A DNA stretch of 64,000 nucleotides from contig CAVXWP010000007.1 in the NCBI GenBank assembly GCA_963765495.1, positions 256,001-320,000 on the forward strand, given 5' to 3'. The notes under the pieces are model-generated. The model searched no databases. It saw only the letters and a program-made list of their open reading frames with translations, and was not told the DNA's origin. Made by a program: the position numbers and the translations under genes. Origin of the DNA: Blastocatellia bacterium (lineage in GTDB: Bacteria > Acidobacteriota > Blastocatellia > UBA7656). Below are positions 30,907-40,790 of the stretch, one piece after another (positions within the stretch are counted from its first letter, which is position 1; the number at the start of each line of letters is the position of its first letter).

Positions 30907-32343
30907 ATGTTTGAAGCGCTTTCCGACAAATTAAGAAAAGTCCTTAAGGATCTGCGTGGCCAGGGCAAGTTGACCGAGGCTCACATCGAGGCTGCGATGC
31001 GCGAGATTCGTATCGCACTGCTAGAGGCCGACGTTAATTATAAGGTGGTCAAGTCTTTTGTTGATCGCGTTAAGGAAAAAGCCCTCGGCCAGGAAGTAAT
31101 CGGCACTCTCGCGCCTGCTCAACAGGTAGTAAAGATCGTCTATGACGAAATGGTTGAGATGCTTGGCGGGACCTCGACTCAACTCCTTTTCACAAAACGT
31201 ATACCAAATGTTGTGATGATTGTCGGTCTTCAGGGATCAGGCAAGACTACCACAACCGGCAAGCTTGCGAAGCTTCTGGCCGAAAACCAGAAGCGCCGGC
31301 CCTTGCTGCTGTCTGTGGACGTTTATCGTCCTGCCGCTCGCCAACAACTTTCCATAATAGGAGGAGCGATTGGCCAGCCGGTTTTTGAAGCGCCTGAAAC
31401 AAATGATCCGATTGAATTGTGTCGGCTGGCTATGCTCGAATGCCAGCATAAGGGTTATGATACTCTCCTCATTGATACCGCCGGTCGCCTGCACATTGAC
31501 GAAGCGTTGATGGTGGAACTGCAACGAATCAAGCAGGACACAACTCCATCAGAGATTCTCTTTATTGCCGACGCAATGACAGGACAAGATGCGGTGCGCT
31601 CGGCACAACAATTTCATGAGAGCGTCGGGTTGACCGGCGTGGTATTGACTAAGATGGAGGGTGACACGCGCGGCGGAGCAGCACTCTCTATCAAAGAGGT
31701 GACCGGGCAGCCCATAAAGTTTATTGGTGTGGGCGAACGCTATGACGCGATTGAGTCGTTTTATCCCGATCGTATTGCTCAACGCATCCTGGGGATGGGC
31801 GATGTTCTTTCTCTGATCGAGAAAGTGCAGTCGGAGGTGGATGAAGAAAAAGCGCTTGAGCTTCAGGAAAAGCTTGCGCGTGACAAGTTTTCGCTTGAAG
31901 ATTTTCGGGATCAGCTTCGTCAGATGAAACGATTGGGCTCGCTCGATAAGCTTCTTGACATGCTTCCTACCAATCTGCTCGGCGGCCTGAAGGTAACACC
32001 CGAACAGACGGCCGAGATGGAGTACAAATTAAAACTCACCGAGGCTATAATAAATTCAATGACGCCCGACGAGAGGCGTGACCATGGTCTTCTCAATGCG
32101 TCGCGTCGCAAACGCATCGCCCGAGGCAGTGGAACGAGTGTTCAGGAAGTTAACCAGATGATTAATGAATATCTGGAGATGCGCAAGATGATGCGTATGA
32201 TGACTTCCGGTGGGATGGGAGGCCTTATGGGTGGGCTGGGTGGTCGTCTTGCAGGTGGTCTTATGGGGGGCGGTCTCCCCGGATTTGGATCGGGCAACCG
32301 TCGCAAGGCTACCAAAAGAAGGAAAAAGAAAAAGAAACGGTGA
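30907..32343 (+). CDS. ffh: Signal recognition particle protein
   Basis: LLEADV, GLQGSGKTT, DTAGRL, RILGMGD, SRRKRIARGSG. Confidence 0.98.
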   Translation: MFEALSDKLRKVLKDLRGQGKLTEAHIEAAMREIRIALLEADVNYKVVKSFVDRVKEKALGQEVIGTLAPAQQVVKIVYDEMVEMLGGTSTQLLFTKRIPNVVMIVGLQGSGKTTTTGKLAKLLAENQKRRPLLLSVDVYRPAARQQLSIIGGAIGQPVFEAPETNDPIELCRLAMLECQHKGYDTLLIDTAGRLHIDEALMVELQRIKQDTTPSEILFIADAMTGQDAVRSAQQFHESVGLTGVVLTKMEGDTRGGAALSIKEVTGQPIKFIGVGERYDAIESFYPDRIAQRILGMGDVLSLIEKVQSEVDEEKALELQEKLARDKFSLEDFRDQLRQMKRLGSLDKLLDMLPTNLLGGLKVTPEQTAEMEYKLKLTEAIINSMTPDERRDHGLLNASRRKRIARGSGTSVQEVNQMINEYLEMRKMMRMMTSGGMGGLMGGLGGRLAGGLMGGGLPGFGSGNRRKATKRRKKKKKR

Positions 32344-32457
32344 GACAGAATTTTCGACTATAGTTTTCGTTAAGAGTTCAGTCATTTGTAAATTTCGGGT
32401 TGAATGAAGTTATAGCTTCTAATATCCGCGATATGCAATCGAACATGGAGGTGAAAT

Positions 32458-32718
32458 TTGCTAGCGATCAGGTTAACCAGAATGGGGGCGAAAAAGAAGC
32501 CCTTCTATAGAATCATTGTTACTGAAAAACGGTCGAAGCGAGATGGTCGCTTTATCGAATCCGTAGGATATTATGACCCTTGCCGTAACCCGGCCGATGT
32601 AAAGCTCGACCGCGAGCGGCTCAACTATTGGATTGAACGCGGGGCGCAGCCGACCGAAACGGTGCGGAGCATTATCAAGCGCAATTCCAAGCCCAGCAGC
32701 GTCGAAGCAAGCGCATGA
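32458..32718 (+). CDS. rpsP: 30S ribosomal protein S16
   Basis: [23 protein letters not shown]; TTG start after ggaggtg. Confidence 0.98.
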   Translation: MLAIRLTRMGAKKKPFYRIIVTEKRSKRDGRFIESVGYYDPCRNPADVKLDRERLNYWIERGAQPTETVRSIIKRNSKPSSVEASA

Positions 32719-32800
32719 ATTGTTCGCGCCGTCGTGTAGTTTTTCAGTCACCGGCCGCGCCGCGCTTCCTTCCTCACACGCGTTCCGAAGGAGGCGGCTT

Positions 32801-33046
32801 ATGAACGACAGTTCATTGAAGGAAGTCATTGAGTCCATTGCCAGGGCTCTCGTGGATTCTCCCGAAGAGGTGGCGGTCAAAGAAATTGATGGGGAAGCAA
32901 CGACAGTACTTGAGTTGCGGGTCGCTCCACAAGATCTGGGAAAAGTCATCGGCAAGCAAGGTCGCACTGCCCGGGCGATGCGAACTATTTTGCGAGCGGC
33001 CGGTATGAAATTGAAGAAACGGTTCGTGCTCGAGATATTGGAATAG
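32801..33046 (+). CDS. khpA: KH-domain RNA-binding protein
   Basis: [17 protein letters not shown]; between rpsP and rimM; RBS aggagg. Confidence 0.93.
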   Translation: MNDSSLKEVIESIARALVDSPEEVAVKEIDGEATTVLELRVAPQDLGKVIGKQGRTARAMRTILRAAGMKLKKRFVLEILE

Positions 33047-33588
33047 TGGGCGTCATGGGAAACAATCAGGCGGGCGAAGAGGATGTTACGATAGCCCGCA
33101 TAATGAAGGCCCGGGGTATACGTGGGGAAGTGGCTTGCCGCATAGATACCGATTTTCCTGACAGATTTGCTACGCTTGAGCGGGTCAGTGTAAAGATGCC
33201 CGACGGTAAGCGGCTGGCCCTCACCGTTGAGGATTACTGGTTTCATAAGGATCGAGTGATCTTGAAGTTTGCAGGGTATGATACGCGAACTCTGGCTGAA
33301 AGCCTCGCGGGCGGCGAACTGGTAATTGCCGAATCCGATGCCCGACTGCTCGACGAAGACGAATTTTACGAGTATGCGATCATAGGCTCTGAGGTAGTGA
33401 CCACCGAGGGAGATATGCTTGGCCGGGTGAGCCAGTTATTGCGAACGAGTGGAAGTGATTTACTGATGGTTTTGAGCAACGAAGGGCGCGAGTACATGAT
33501 TCCCTTCGTTGATGATATTTGCACCGAAGTGGATGTAGAGGCAAAGCGGATCACGGTTGACCCGCCGGAAGGGCTCTTGGAATTGTAG
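33046..33588 (+). CDS. rimM: Ribosome maturation factor
   Basis: GIRGEV, EFY..IIG..V, IPFV, PPEGLL; synteny. Confidence 0.96.
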   Translation: MGVMGNNQAGEEDVTIARIMKARGIRGEVACRIDTDFPDRFATLERVSVKMPDGKRLALTVEDYWFHKDRVILKFAGYDTRTLAESLAGGELVIAESDARLLDEDEFYEYAIIGSEVVTTEGDMLGRVSQLLRTSGSDLLMVLSNEGREYMIPFVDDICTEVDVEAKRITVDPPEGLLEL

Positions 33589-33691
33589 ATTTTGGATTTT
33601 GGATTTTGGATGTAAGTGGCTTAATCCAAATCGTATCGGGTACGAAGCTGTGTCAAGCGCCGGGAGAATCCAAAATCTAAAATTCAAAATC
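33588..33691. repeat. Inverted 7-mer (GATTTTG) element
   Basis: gattttggattttggattttgga ... tccaaaatctaaaattcaaaatc, between rimM and trmD. Confidence 0.88.
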
Positions 33692-33731
33692 GCGCTGCGC
33701 GAAGCGCATAATGCGCCAAGAAAATCCTGTG

Positions 33732-34481
33732 ATGCGGTTCGATATTATAACGATTTTCCCGGAGATTTTCCGCGAGGTCTTTGATTTTGGAATAATCCGT
33801 CGCGCGGTCGAATCGGGCCTTATCCAGATAGGCATCCACGATCTGCGAGAGTTTACCTATGATCGGCATCATCAGGTAGATGATCGCCCTTTTGGGGGTG
33901 GGGCCGGGATGGTGATGAAGCCTGAGCCGCTGTTTCGCGCGGTCGAAGCTCTCAGGCACGACGCGCAGGCGGACAAGGCGACCACCCTGTTACTGTCGCC
34001 ACAGGGGCGCTTATTCAATCAGCGTGTTGCCGAAGAGTTGTCGCGTGCAGGGCATGCGGTTTTGATCTGCGGGCGATACGAAGGCGTTGATGAGCGCGTA
34101 GTAGAACATCTGGTGGATGATGAAATATCCATCGGCGATTATGTGCTTTCGGGTGGCGAAATACCGGCTATGGTCGTCATTGATGCTGTGACTCGTCTGA
34201 TACCGGGCGCGCTCGGATGTGGAGAGTCTGCCGAGCGCGAATCTTTCACCAAAGGATTGCTCGACTATCCGCATTATACGCGGCCTGCCGAATATCGCGG
34301 ATTGAAAGCTCCCGATGTTTTGTTGAGCGGCAATCACGGCGAGATCGAGCGATGGCGGCATCAGAAGGCCATTGAGAAGACGCTCCGCCGAAGACCGGAC
34401 ATCATCCGAAAAGAAGAATTACCGGATGAAGAACGGCGGCAGATCGAAGAAATTTTAAGAGATATTGAAGAGACTCAATAA
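33732..34481 (+). CDS. trmD: tRNA (guanine-N1)-methyltransferase
   Basis: VDDRPFGGGAGM, CGRYEGVDER, SIGDYVLSGGE, YTRP. Confidence 0.98.
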   Translation: MRFDIITIFPEIFREVFDFGIIRRAVESGLIQIGIHDLREFTYDRHHQVDDRPFGGGAGMVMKPEPLFRAVEALRHDAQADKATTLLLSPQGRLFNQRVAEELSRAGHAVLICGRYEGVDERVVEHLVDDEISIGDYVLSGGEIPAMVVIDAVTRLIPGALGCGESAERESFTKGLLDYPHYTRPAEYRGLKAPDVLLSGNHGEIERWRHQKAIEKTLRRRPDIIRKEELPDEERRQIEEILRDIEETQ

Positions 34482-34506
34482 ACTGTGAGTTAGTGAGGTA
34501 ATTGAA

Positions 34507-34962
34507 ATGAATCAATTAGTCCAGTCTGTCGAAGACCGACAGCTACGCAATGATATTCCAGATTTCCAGCCTGGTGACACGGTTCGCGTCCACGTGCGAA
34601 TCAAAGAGGGAGACAAGGAAAGACTCCAGGCTTTCGAAGGGGTCGTCATAGCGCGCAAGCACGCGGGCGTGCGTGAAACCATAACCGTGCGTAAGACCAG
34701 CTTTGGCGTGGGCGTCGAGCGCATCTTCCCGCTGCACGCTACAGTAATAGATCACATAGACGTAGTGCGTCGAGGTCGTGTGCGCCGCGCCAAGCTCTAT
34801 TATCTTCGCAAGCTGCGCGGCAAGGCCGCCCGCATTCGTGAGCGCGACACTCGCGCGGAGCGGGCCGCCGCCGCCGCCAAAGCTGCCGCAGCAGCCTCAG
34901 AGCGATCTTCCAGGGCTGATGTTGCGAGCGCACCGGCTGAAACAGAAACCGGGAATGAGTAA
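34507..34962 (+). CDS. rplS: 50S ribosomal protein L19
   Basis: [28 protein letters not shown]. Confidence 0.98.
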   Translation: MNQLVQSVEDRQLRNDIPDFQPGDTVRVHVRIKEGDKERLQAFEGVVIARKHAGVRETITVRKTSFGVGVERIFPLHATVIDHIDVVRRGRVRRAKLYYLRKLRGKAARIRERDTRAERAAAAAKAAAAASERSSRADVASAPAETETGNE

Positions 34963-34978
34963 ACGCGAGACAAATTGA

Positions 34979-35076
34979 ACACCTCTTTGCGCTCCTTTAC
35001 GGGAGCGGTAGGAAGAGGTGTATTTTTTATGGACCCTGTCCGGGTGGATAGATTCAGCTACCCGGACAGGCTTTTC
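34979..35076 (+). terminator. Two tandem terminator-like hairpins after rplS
   Basis: acacctctt..aagaggtgt + atttttt; cctgtccgggt..acccggacagg + ctttt. Confidence 0.7.
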
Positions 35077-35237
35077 TATGTCTCTCACAGTCAAATCATC
35101 ATATCCCGATTCAGCCCTCTCGATTTTCGCAATTGAGTCACGCAACCATCTCGGCCCTCCACACGCGTAGCCGGTTCTGGTATCATCACTCGCGTCCTTC
35201 CTGGCGGAGGGGAAATCAAAAGGAAGTTCACTTTCTC

Positions 35238-36239
35238 ATGGCCGAAGCAAATGATCGGGGGAAAATCTTAGTTACGGGAGGAACGGGCTTTGTCGGCAGC
35301 CATCTGGTTGACCGTCTGGTCGAGAGGGGAAAGCGCGTCCGTTGTCTTGTGCGAAGCAGCAGCAATCTGCGTTACCTCAAGCCTGCTCAGATCGAGATCG
35401 TTTATGGCGGGCTGGATGACTCGACGGACTGGGATGAGGCGCTCCGAGATGTCGAAACTATTTATCACGTTGCAGGGCTGACATTTGCGCGTCGTCGTCA
35501 GGACTATTTCAAAGTGAATCATCAAGGGACAGAAGCGATTATTGCTGCTACGGTCCCGCGTCGCAATCAGATAAAGAAATTCATCCAGATCAGTTCGCTC
35601 GCGGCAATCGGGCCGGGACAGGGTAATCGCCCGGTCAACGAAGATACTACACCTCAGCCGGTCACAGCATATGGCCGCAGCAAGTTGATGGGGGAAGAGG
35701 CCGTCACGGCCGTGGCCGATCTTATCCCGGTAACCATAGTAAGGCCGCCCGCTGTTTATGGTCCGCGCGATTACGCGCTATATGAGTTGTTTAAGACTAT
35801 GGCTCGCGGCCTGTCGCCGATGATAGGCAATTATGACAAGCAGATCAGCCTCGTTCACGTTCGAGACCTTGTGGATGGAATAATCCTGGCGGGTGAAAGC
35901 AAGACCTCAACGGGGCGCGCCTATTTTATTTCGAGCGACGAAGTCTATTCGTGGCTTTCAGTCGCGGACCTGGTTGCGAAAGTGATCGGGCGACCTCTGC
36001 GCAAGATAGCGATTCCGCGAAATATAGCCTACGGCCTCGCCGTGGTGGCCGAAGGTCTGGCCGCAGTAACCGGCAAGCCGCCCGTCATAAATCGAGATAA
36101 GGTGACGGACCTCTCACAAACGTGCTGGGGGTGTTCAATCGAACGCGCACGATCAGAACTGGGATACAGCCAGCGCGTGCCGCTCGAAGAAGGGCTTCGC
36201 GAAACCATCTCCTGGTATAGAGGCGAGGGCTGGCTGTGA
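35238..36239 (+). CDS. NAD-dependent epimerase/dehydratase (extended SDR)
   Basis: VTGGTGFVG, HVAG, YGRSK, RPPAVYGP. Confidence 0.93.
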   Translation: MAEANDRGKILVTGGTGFVGSHLVDRLVERGKRVRCLVRSSSNLRYLKPAQIEIVYGGLDDSTDWDEALRDVETIYHVAGLTFARRRQDYFKVNHQGTEAIIAATVPRRNQIKKFIQISSLAAIGPGQGNRPVNEDTTPQPVTAYGRSKLMGEEAVTAVADLIPVTIVRPPAVYGPRDYALYELFKTMARGLSPMIGNYDKQISLVHVRDLVDGIILAGESKTSTGRAYFISSDEVYSWLSVADLVAKVIGRPLRKIAIPRNIAYGLAVVAEGLAAVTGKPPVINRDKVTDLSQTCWGCSIERARSELGYSQRVPLEEGLRETISWYRGEGWL

Positions 36240-37183
36240 GCGAATCAGACAGGGCAGAGAGAGAAGCTCCGACCTATATCCCTGACCCGGCAGAAAGCTA
36301 TATCGTTACCCAAGAGCCTTTTTATGCCGGAAGATTCAGCCCCGCCGATAAAGTAGTAATCGCTTACCTGATAATCATCGCCGCGCTCGCGGTTGTGTTC
36401 GCCGAGCGCGTGAATTCCTGGTGGCAGGTTATCGCGGGTCACGCGCTTCTCATCGCGTTAATCGCTTTGATGGCTAAATGGTCTCGCGGCCTATTTCTTA
36501 TGAGAGGGTGGTATCCGATAGTCCTTATCCCGCTGCTTTACAAGGAACTGGAGTATCTGATACCTCGCATCCATCCGCGTGATTTCGACTGGCAGCTTGC
36601 GGCGATTGATCATCGAATATTCGGCGCGCATCCGACCGTCTTGCTTGAGCGTGTGACGTGGCCGATGTTCACGGAAATCCTTCAGCTTTCCTATATAACA
36701 TACTATTTCCTGCCTCTGATTCTGGGCGGAGTCTTATGGATAAAAGGCTGGTTCAGGCGGTTTCACTTTTTGCTCTTTGTCGTTGTGCTTGGGTTTTTTC
36801 TCTCTTACCTCGGCTACATTGCGGTCCCGGCCACGGGGCCGCGATTCATTCTTGCCGATCAGCAAACCATACCGCTTTCAGGCGTTCTGGTTTTCGATTT
36901 TTTGCGTCACACGCTTGACCGCGCCGAAGGTATAACCCGCGATTGTTTTCCGAGCGGTCACGTAGAACTTACCTTGCTTGTGCTTTATTATGCGCACAGG
37001 TTCCATCGACGCACCTTCTGGTGGTTGCTTCCCTTTGGAAGCGCGTTGATAGTCTCGACGGTTTATCTGCGGTATCACTACGTTATAGACGTGATAGCGG
37101 GCGCTTTGCTTGCGCTTGCGATCATACTGATAGCGAAACCGCTTTACAAAGCGTTGGGCGGATATGCGGGGGGAAAGCTTTAA
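36236..37183 (+). CDS. PAP2-family membrane phosphatase/phosphotransferase
   Basis: PATGPR, FPSGH, YLRYHY..D; TM helices; overlaps upstream stop. Confidence 0.9.
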   Translation: MSESDRAEREAPTYIPDPAESYIVTQEPFYAGRFSPADKVVIAYLIIIAALAVVFAERVNSWWQVIAGHALLIALIALMAKWSRGLFLMRGWYPIVLIPLLYKELEYLIPRIHPRDFDWQLAAIDHRIFGAHPTVLLERVTWPMFTEILQLSYITYYFLPLILGGVLWIKGWFRRFHFLLFVVVLGFFLSYLGYIAVPATGPRFILADQQTIPLSGVLVFDFLRHTLDRAEGITRDCFPSGHVELTLLVLYYAHRFHRRTFWWLLPFGSALIVSTVYLRYHYVIDVIAGALLALAIILIAKPLYKALGGYAGGKL

Positions 37184-37291
37184 CAGGATTAACAGGCTTC
37201 CCCCAATTTTCTCTTGAATTCTTGTGAATCCTGTGAATCCTGTCAAAGTCTTTTCACGAATCACGAATTACGAATCACGAATCACGAATCA
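37178..37291. repeat. ACAGGATT-type 9-mer inverted repeat followed by unpaired (TCACGAA)x5
   Basis: ctttaacaggattaacagg ... cctgtgaatcctgtcaaag; tcacgaa array 37254-37291. Confidence 0.85.
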
Positions 37292-38407
37292 CTTCCGGGC
37301 AGGCAAATCAAATTTTGATTCGTCAACAGGCACGTTCTGTTTTATTTCGGCGAACTTCTGCGTAGAGGTATAGGGAGGGCGCGACCACCTGATCGTAAAC
37401 GGCATCTTTACGCCGTCTGTTGTTTTGTAATCTTCGAAGTCGGTTATTTCCGGGATGTTGCCGAGGGCCGTCTTGTATAGCACCAGCTTGCGTAAAAGCA
37501 GCCCGCTCTCGACATCGAAGTAGAGCTTTTCGCGGCTGCCATCCTTTGAAGTCGCCCCGATCGCGTAGACCTCGCGGTTCCTGATCCGCTCTTTGCCAAG
37601 GAGCCTCATCGCGGGATATTGCTCTTTGAGCTTCAGGTAATTATAGAAATCGGCATCGCGTTTTAGATCGCTCAGCTCTTCCCCGCTCAATTCGCGCGCG
37701 GTCTCGTCGCGGCCCGACCAGCCGATTGAACCGTTATATGCCGTCTTGTGAACGCCTCGCGGATAATTGCCAATGGTCAGTATTCGATCCGGCGCTTCCT
37801 GATATATCTCTAACGGCACAGATGTGGGAGGAGTCATCCTGTTAGTGTTGGTCAGCGTTCCTTTCGAGACGCGTGTTCGGAGTCGCTCAATGGCTTGCAT
37901 TCCGCCAATTGCGCGGATGTACTTAGCGGTTATTTCGTCGGCGGAGGGCAGGGAAGCGAGCGCCTTCGGATCGGTCGCTTGTGCTTCCGGTGCTTGCCAT
38001 TCTCCCTGATCTATGGCCGGTGTAGAATCGGGGTTGGGCTGGCCTTTGTGACAGGTAAAGCAATTTACCACCGCGCCGCCGCCATAGTTTTCTTTGTTTA
38101 TGCTCCGCATCATCAGTATCATTCGGCGGGCGCTTTGCTTGGCGGATTGTTGATCGCTTTCCCACGGATTAACGTGGCAAAAGGTACAACCTACGCCGAG
38201 CGAAGTCGACATGAAAGACATAACTCCATCAAGCTCAGAGGCCGGGAGATCTTTAAATACCTGGATGTTTTTGTAAACCTGATCGGCGGTCTTTTCTTCC
38301 TGAGCGTTTGCGGAGGGGGCTTCGACCATAAAGTCTGTTGCTAAAAAAAAGAGCGCGCCTGCTAAAGCGAAAACGAGGGCGGCGCGCGCGAGAATATTCC
38401 TGGTCAT
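37289..38407 (-). CDS. Exported di-haem c-type cytochrome (reaction-centre cytochrome c-like N-domain) fused to a LolA-like domain
   Basis: YKNIQV, SLGVGCTFCH, VNCFTCH; C-terminal LYFD.ESGLL...EDYK..DGVKMPF...QN..VDESKF. Confidence 0.8.
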   Translation of the reverse strand: MTRNILARAALVFALAGALFFLATDFMVEAPSANAQEEKTADQVYKNIQVFKDLPASELDGVMSFMSTSLGVGCTFCHVNPWESDQQSAKQSARRMILMMRSINKENYGGGAVVNCFTCHKGQPNPDSTPAIDQGEWQAPEAQATDPKALASLPSADEITAKYIRAIGGMQAIERLRTRVSKGTLTNTNRMTPPTSVPLEIYQEAPDRILTIGNYPRGVHKTAYNGSIGWSGRDETARELSGEELSDLKRDADFYNYLKLKEQYPAMRLLGKERIRNREVYAIGATSKDGSREKLYFDVESGLLLRKLVLYKTALGNIPEITDFEDYKTTDGVKMPFTIRWSRPPYTSTQKFAEIKQNVPVDESKFDLPARK

Positions 38408-38417
38408 CTTTTAGCCT

Positions 38418-38810
38418 TCATTTTTGGGGATCGGGACACTTGCAGTCCTCCTGGGTGATTATAGCATCGAAACGTTCTTGCTGTTGCGGGGTAAGCAGGG
38501 CGCGCATGCGCGAGCGAGCGCGAGCGCGCAATGTGTCATATCGCGGGCGCACATCGGCGCAGACCGCCTTGTAGTCGTTGCGGGTCTCGTCGAGGATGGC
38601 CTGCATACCGGATGCCTGATCGGCAGTTAAGTTGAGTTCGCGTTGCAAGGTATCGAAGTAGCTTTCGCTGTCTTTCATGGAAAGCGGTTGAGGAGCAGCC
38701 ACGCTTCGCCCTCGGATTCCTATAAGCGATGCCCCGGTGATACAACCGAGAGCGAAGACTACAAGCAATACGCCCCATATCTTGAACCACATTCTGCGCT
38801 GTGTATTCAT
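38418..38810 (-). CDS. Spy/CpxP-like membrane-anchored periplasmic protein
   Basis: N-terminal TM VFALG..G, ELNLTADQ and LLTPQQQ (LTxxQ motifs). Confidence 0.75.
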   Translation of the reverse strand: MNTQRRMWFKIWGVLLVVFALGCITGASLIGIRGRSVAAPQPLSMKDSESYFDTLQRELNLTADQASGMQAILDETRNDYKAVCADVRPRYDTLRARARSRMRALLTPQQQERFDAIITQEDCKCPDPQK

Positions 38811-39259
38811 CTCTTTGCCTCCGGGTTCTCACCGTTGAAGAGCGTGGCTATCACTTCATCGGTAGACACATTACACTCCGCGTTGTTTGAGATCGAGCAA
38901 GCCTGGAGTGGCGCGATACCACCCGTTCCCGTTTCAGGAGCGCCAATCAGATAATTGCCCGAAGTGGGCGCATTTGGCACATTCGGTCCAGCAGCCCAGA
39001 AGGCTGCCAGGGCCGCTAGGGCGATCAGGGCCATCACGGGTATTGCGCGCCGGGCTGTTGCGAGGGTCGCAAACCAGTCATTTCCAGTCTCGATTTTCGG
39101 CCCCTCATTGATGCGAGCGCGCACACGCGAATACAGAAATGGCGAAGACACGGCCGCTTCGATTTCCTCGTCACTCATGCGAGTGGCGTGTAATACGTTC
39201 ATGCCCGTCTGGTCCAGACGCTCTTCCTGGATATTGAACTTATTTCTTCGGAACATCAT
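38807..39259 (-). CDS. Putative anti-sigma factor
   Basis: Directly after ECF sigma; PFLYSRVRARI, one TM helix, short outer tail. Confidence 0.7.
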   Translation of the reverse strand: MMFRRNKFNIQEERLDQTGMNVLHATRMSDEEIEAAVSSPFLYSRVRARINEGPKIETGNDWFATLATARRAIPVMALIALAALAAFWAAGPNVPNAPTSGNYLIGAPETGTGGIAPLQACSISNNAECNVSTDEVIATLFNGENPEAKR

Positions 39260-39288
39260 TCCTCCACAGGTCGCTTCGCTTATTCTAA

Positions 39289-39921
39289 TCACAGAAATTC
39301 GCTCAACACGCGGCGCAATGCAATCCGCGCCCTGTGAGCGCGCACTTTTACCTTCGAGAAAGACCATCCAACCGTCTCCGATATTTCGTGAATGGAGAGC
39401 CCTTCGGCTTCAAGCAGGGTCAGCACAAGCCGGTCATCCGCGCTGAGACGAGAGAGAAGCTTGTCGGCAAGATCGCGCGAGATTGCTTTGGATTCGGCAT
39501 CTCTCGGAGGGCGATTATCCCGTATACGCGCCTTGAGGATAGCAGCTTCTTCTTCGGCAATATCGCCGGATCTGTGCTCGGGCCGCCGCCGCGCGCGGCG
39601 CAACTCGTCGTAGCAAGTGTTGATTGTAATGCGTGAAAGCCACGCCGCAAACGAGTGTCCGCGCTCAGGCGAGTAACTGTCAAGCGAGAAATATACCTTT
39701 GTGAAAACTTCCTGAATGATCTCTTCAACCTTATCCGAGTGATTGAAAAAACGGCCTCCGATACGCGCGACCTGTTTCTTATGGCGCTCGAATATCTGCT
39801 CGAAGGCAGACTCATCGCCCTCGCGAACAAGCCGGAGAAGCATCTCATCCGTAGCCGTATCATCGGGGCTCGAATTTAATCCTATCGTCGCAAGTCCACA
39901 TTTATCGGTGGCCTCATCCAT
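39289..39921 (-). CDS. ECF RNA polymerase sigma factor
   Basis: GDESAF, QEVF, FAAWLSRITINTCYDELRR, EISETVG..KVKVRAHRAR. Confidence 0.95.
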   Translation of the reverse strand: MDEATDKCGLATIGLNSSPDDTATDEMLLRLVREGDESAFEQIFERHKKQVARIGGRFFNHSDKVEEIIQEVFTKVYFSLDSYSPERGHSFAAWLSRITINTCYDELRRARRRPEHRSGDIAEEEAAILKARIRDNRPPRDAESKAISRDLADKLLSRLSADDRLVLTLLEAEGLSIHEISETVGWSFSKVKVRAHRARIALRRVLSEFL

Positions 39922-39981
39922 TCGATATCCCTGATCGCCGGTCCGGCGCAATAGCAGCAATCATAAACATCAATACCTATA

Positions 39982-40007
39982 AACGAGCAAATGAGCCGTT
40001 CGGTTAC
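39982..40007 (-). promoter_or_regulatory. ECF-type promoter, probably autoregulatory
   Basis: Minus strand GTAACC-16 nt-CGTT upstream of the sigma gene. Confidence 0.6.
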
Positions 40008-40019
40008 GAAAGGGGGCAA

Positions 40020-40098
40020 TGATTCGTTATTTACGGTAGCTTGCCTTTAATGATGCCTTGTAAGTCAGTTTAATCACGGATCACGGATCACGAATCAC
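40020..40098. repeat. Degenerate inverted 7-mer (GATTCGT/TCACGGA) element
   Basis: tgattcgt ... tcacggatcacggatcacgaatca. Confidence 0.65.
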
Positions 40099-40790
40099 AA
40101 ATCACGTACCCATCGAGCGATCTCATCCCGGGCCGCTGTGTAGACTTCCTGTTGAGACAAAGGCGCTCTCTTAGGCACCTTGAAAGAATGATCGCCGCCT
40201 TCGATCACAAAGATATCGGCGGGCGCGGATAGCCTTTTGAGGATTGGGCGTAACTCTTCTGGCGTGCCGAACGGATCGCGCTCGCCCTGAACGAAAAGCA
40301 TCGGTGCGCGTATTAGTGAAAGGTGTTCGGCTCGCAGTTGATCGGGTTTGCCCGGCGGGTGGAGCGGATAGCCTAAGAATACAAGCCCGCCGAGACCTTC
40401 TATGCCCGAAGCCGCGACCTGTGAAGCTATCCTCCCGCCGAGCGATTTGCCTCCGATAATCAGTCGGTTTTTTCGAGTCTTCTTGTGCTTGATCGCGGCA
40501 TTGATAGCAGCCAGATAGCAGGCTTCGAGTTTCTCTTTGCGGTCGGGTCCCCCGCGCCCCTTTTCGGCGTAGAGAAAGTTGAACGTCACTATGTCAACAC
40601 CACGCGCTGCAAGCCCTTCGGCAAATCCCACCATAAACGCGCTTGTTTGATTTGCCCCGGCTCCGTGCCCGAGCAGCAATATGACACCCGCGCGCTTGCG
40701 TCCTGCGGCTGAATACAGGAGCGCCGTTACGCGCTCTTCCGGGCTCACTTCGATTTGAAGCTCTTCCGGCATTTTTGCACTCGACCTCAT
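40095..40790 (-). CDS. Alpha/beta hydrolase
   Basis: HGAG, GGKSLGG nucleophile, GYPLHPPG, QGERDPF, GGDHSF; ATGA overlap with permease stop. Confidence 0.9.
   Translation of the reverse strand: MRSSAKMPEELQIEVSPEERVTALLYSAAGRKRAGVILLLGHGAGANQTSAFMVGFAEGLAARGVDIVTFNFLYAEKGRGGPDRKEKLEACYLAAINAAIKHKKTRKNRLIIGGKSLGGRIASQVAASGIEGLGGLVFLGYPLHPPGKPDQLRAEHLSLIRAPMLFVQGERDPFGTPEELRPILKRLSAPADIFVIEGGDHSFKVPKRAPLSQQEVYTAARDEIARWVRDL

Noticed and set aside
37289-38407. Evidence for phototrophy (pufC)
   Set aside because: Only two haem motifs, fused to an unrelated domain, and no bch, puf or psc genes
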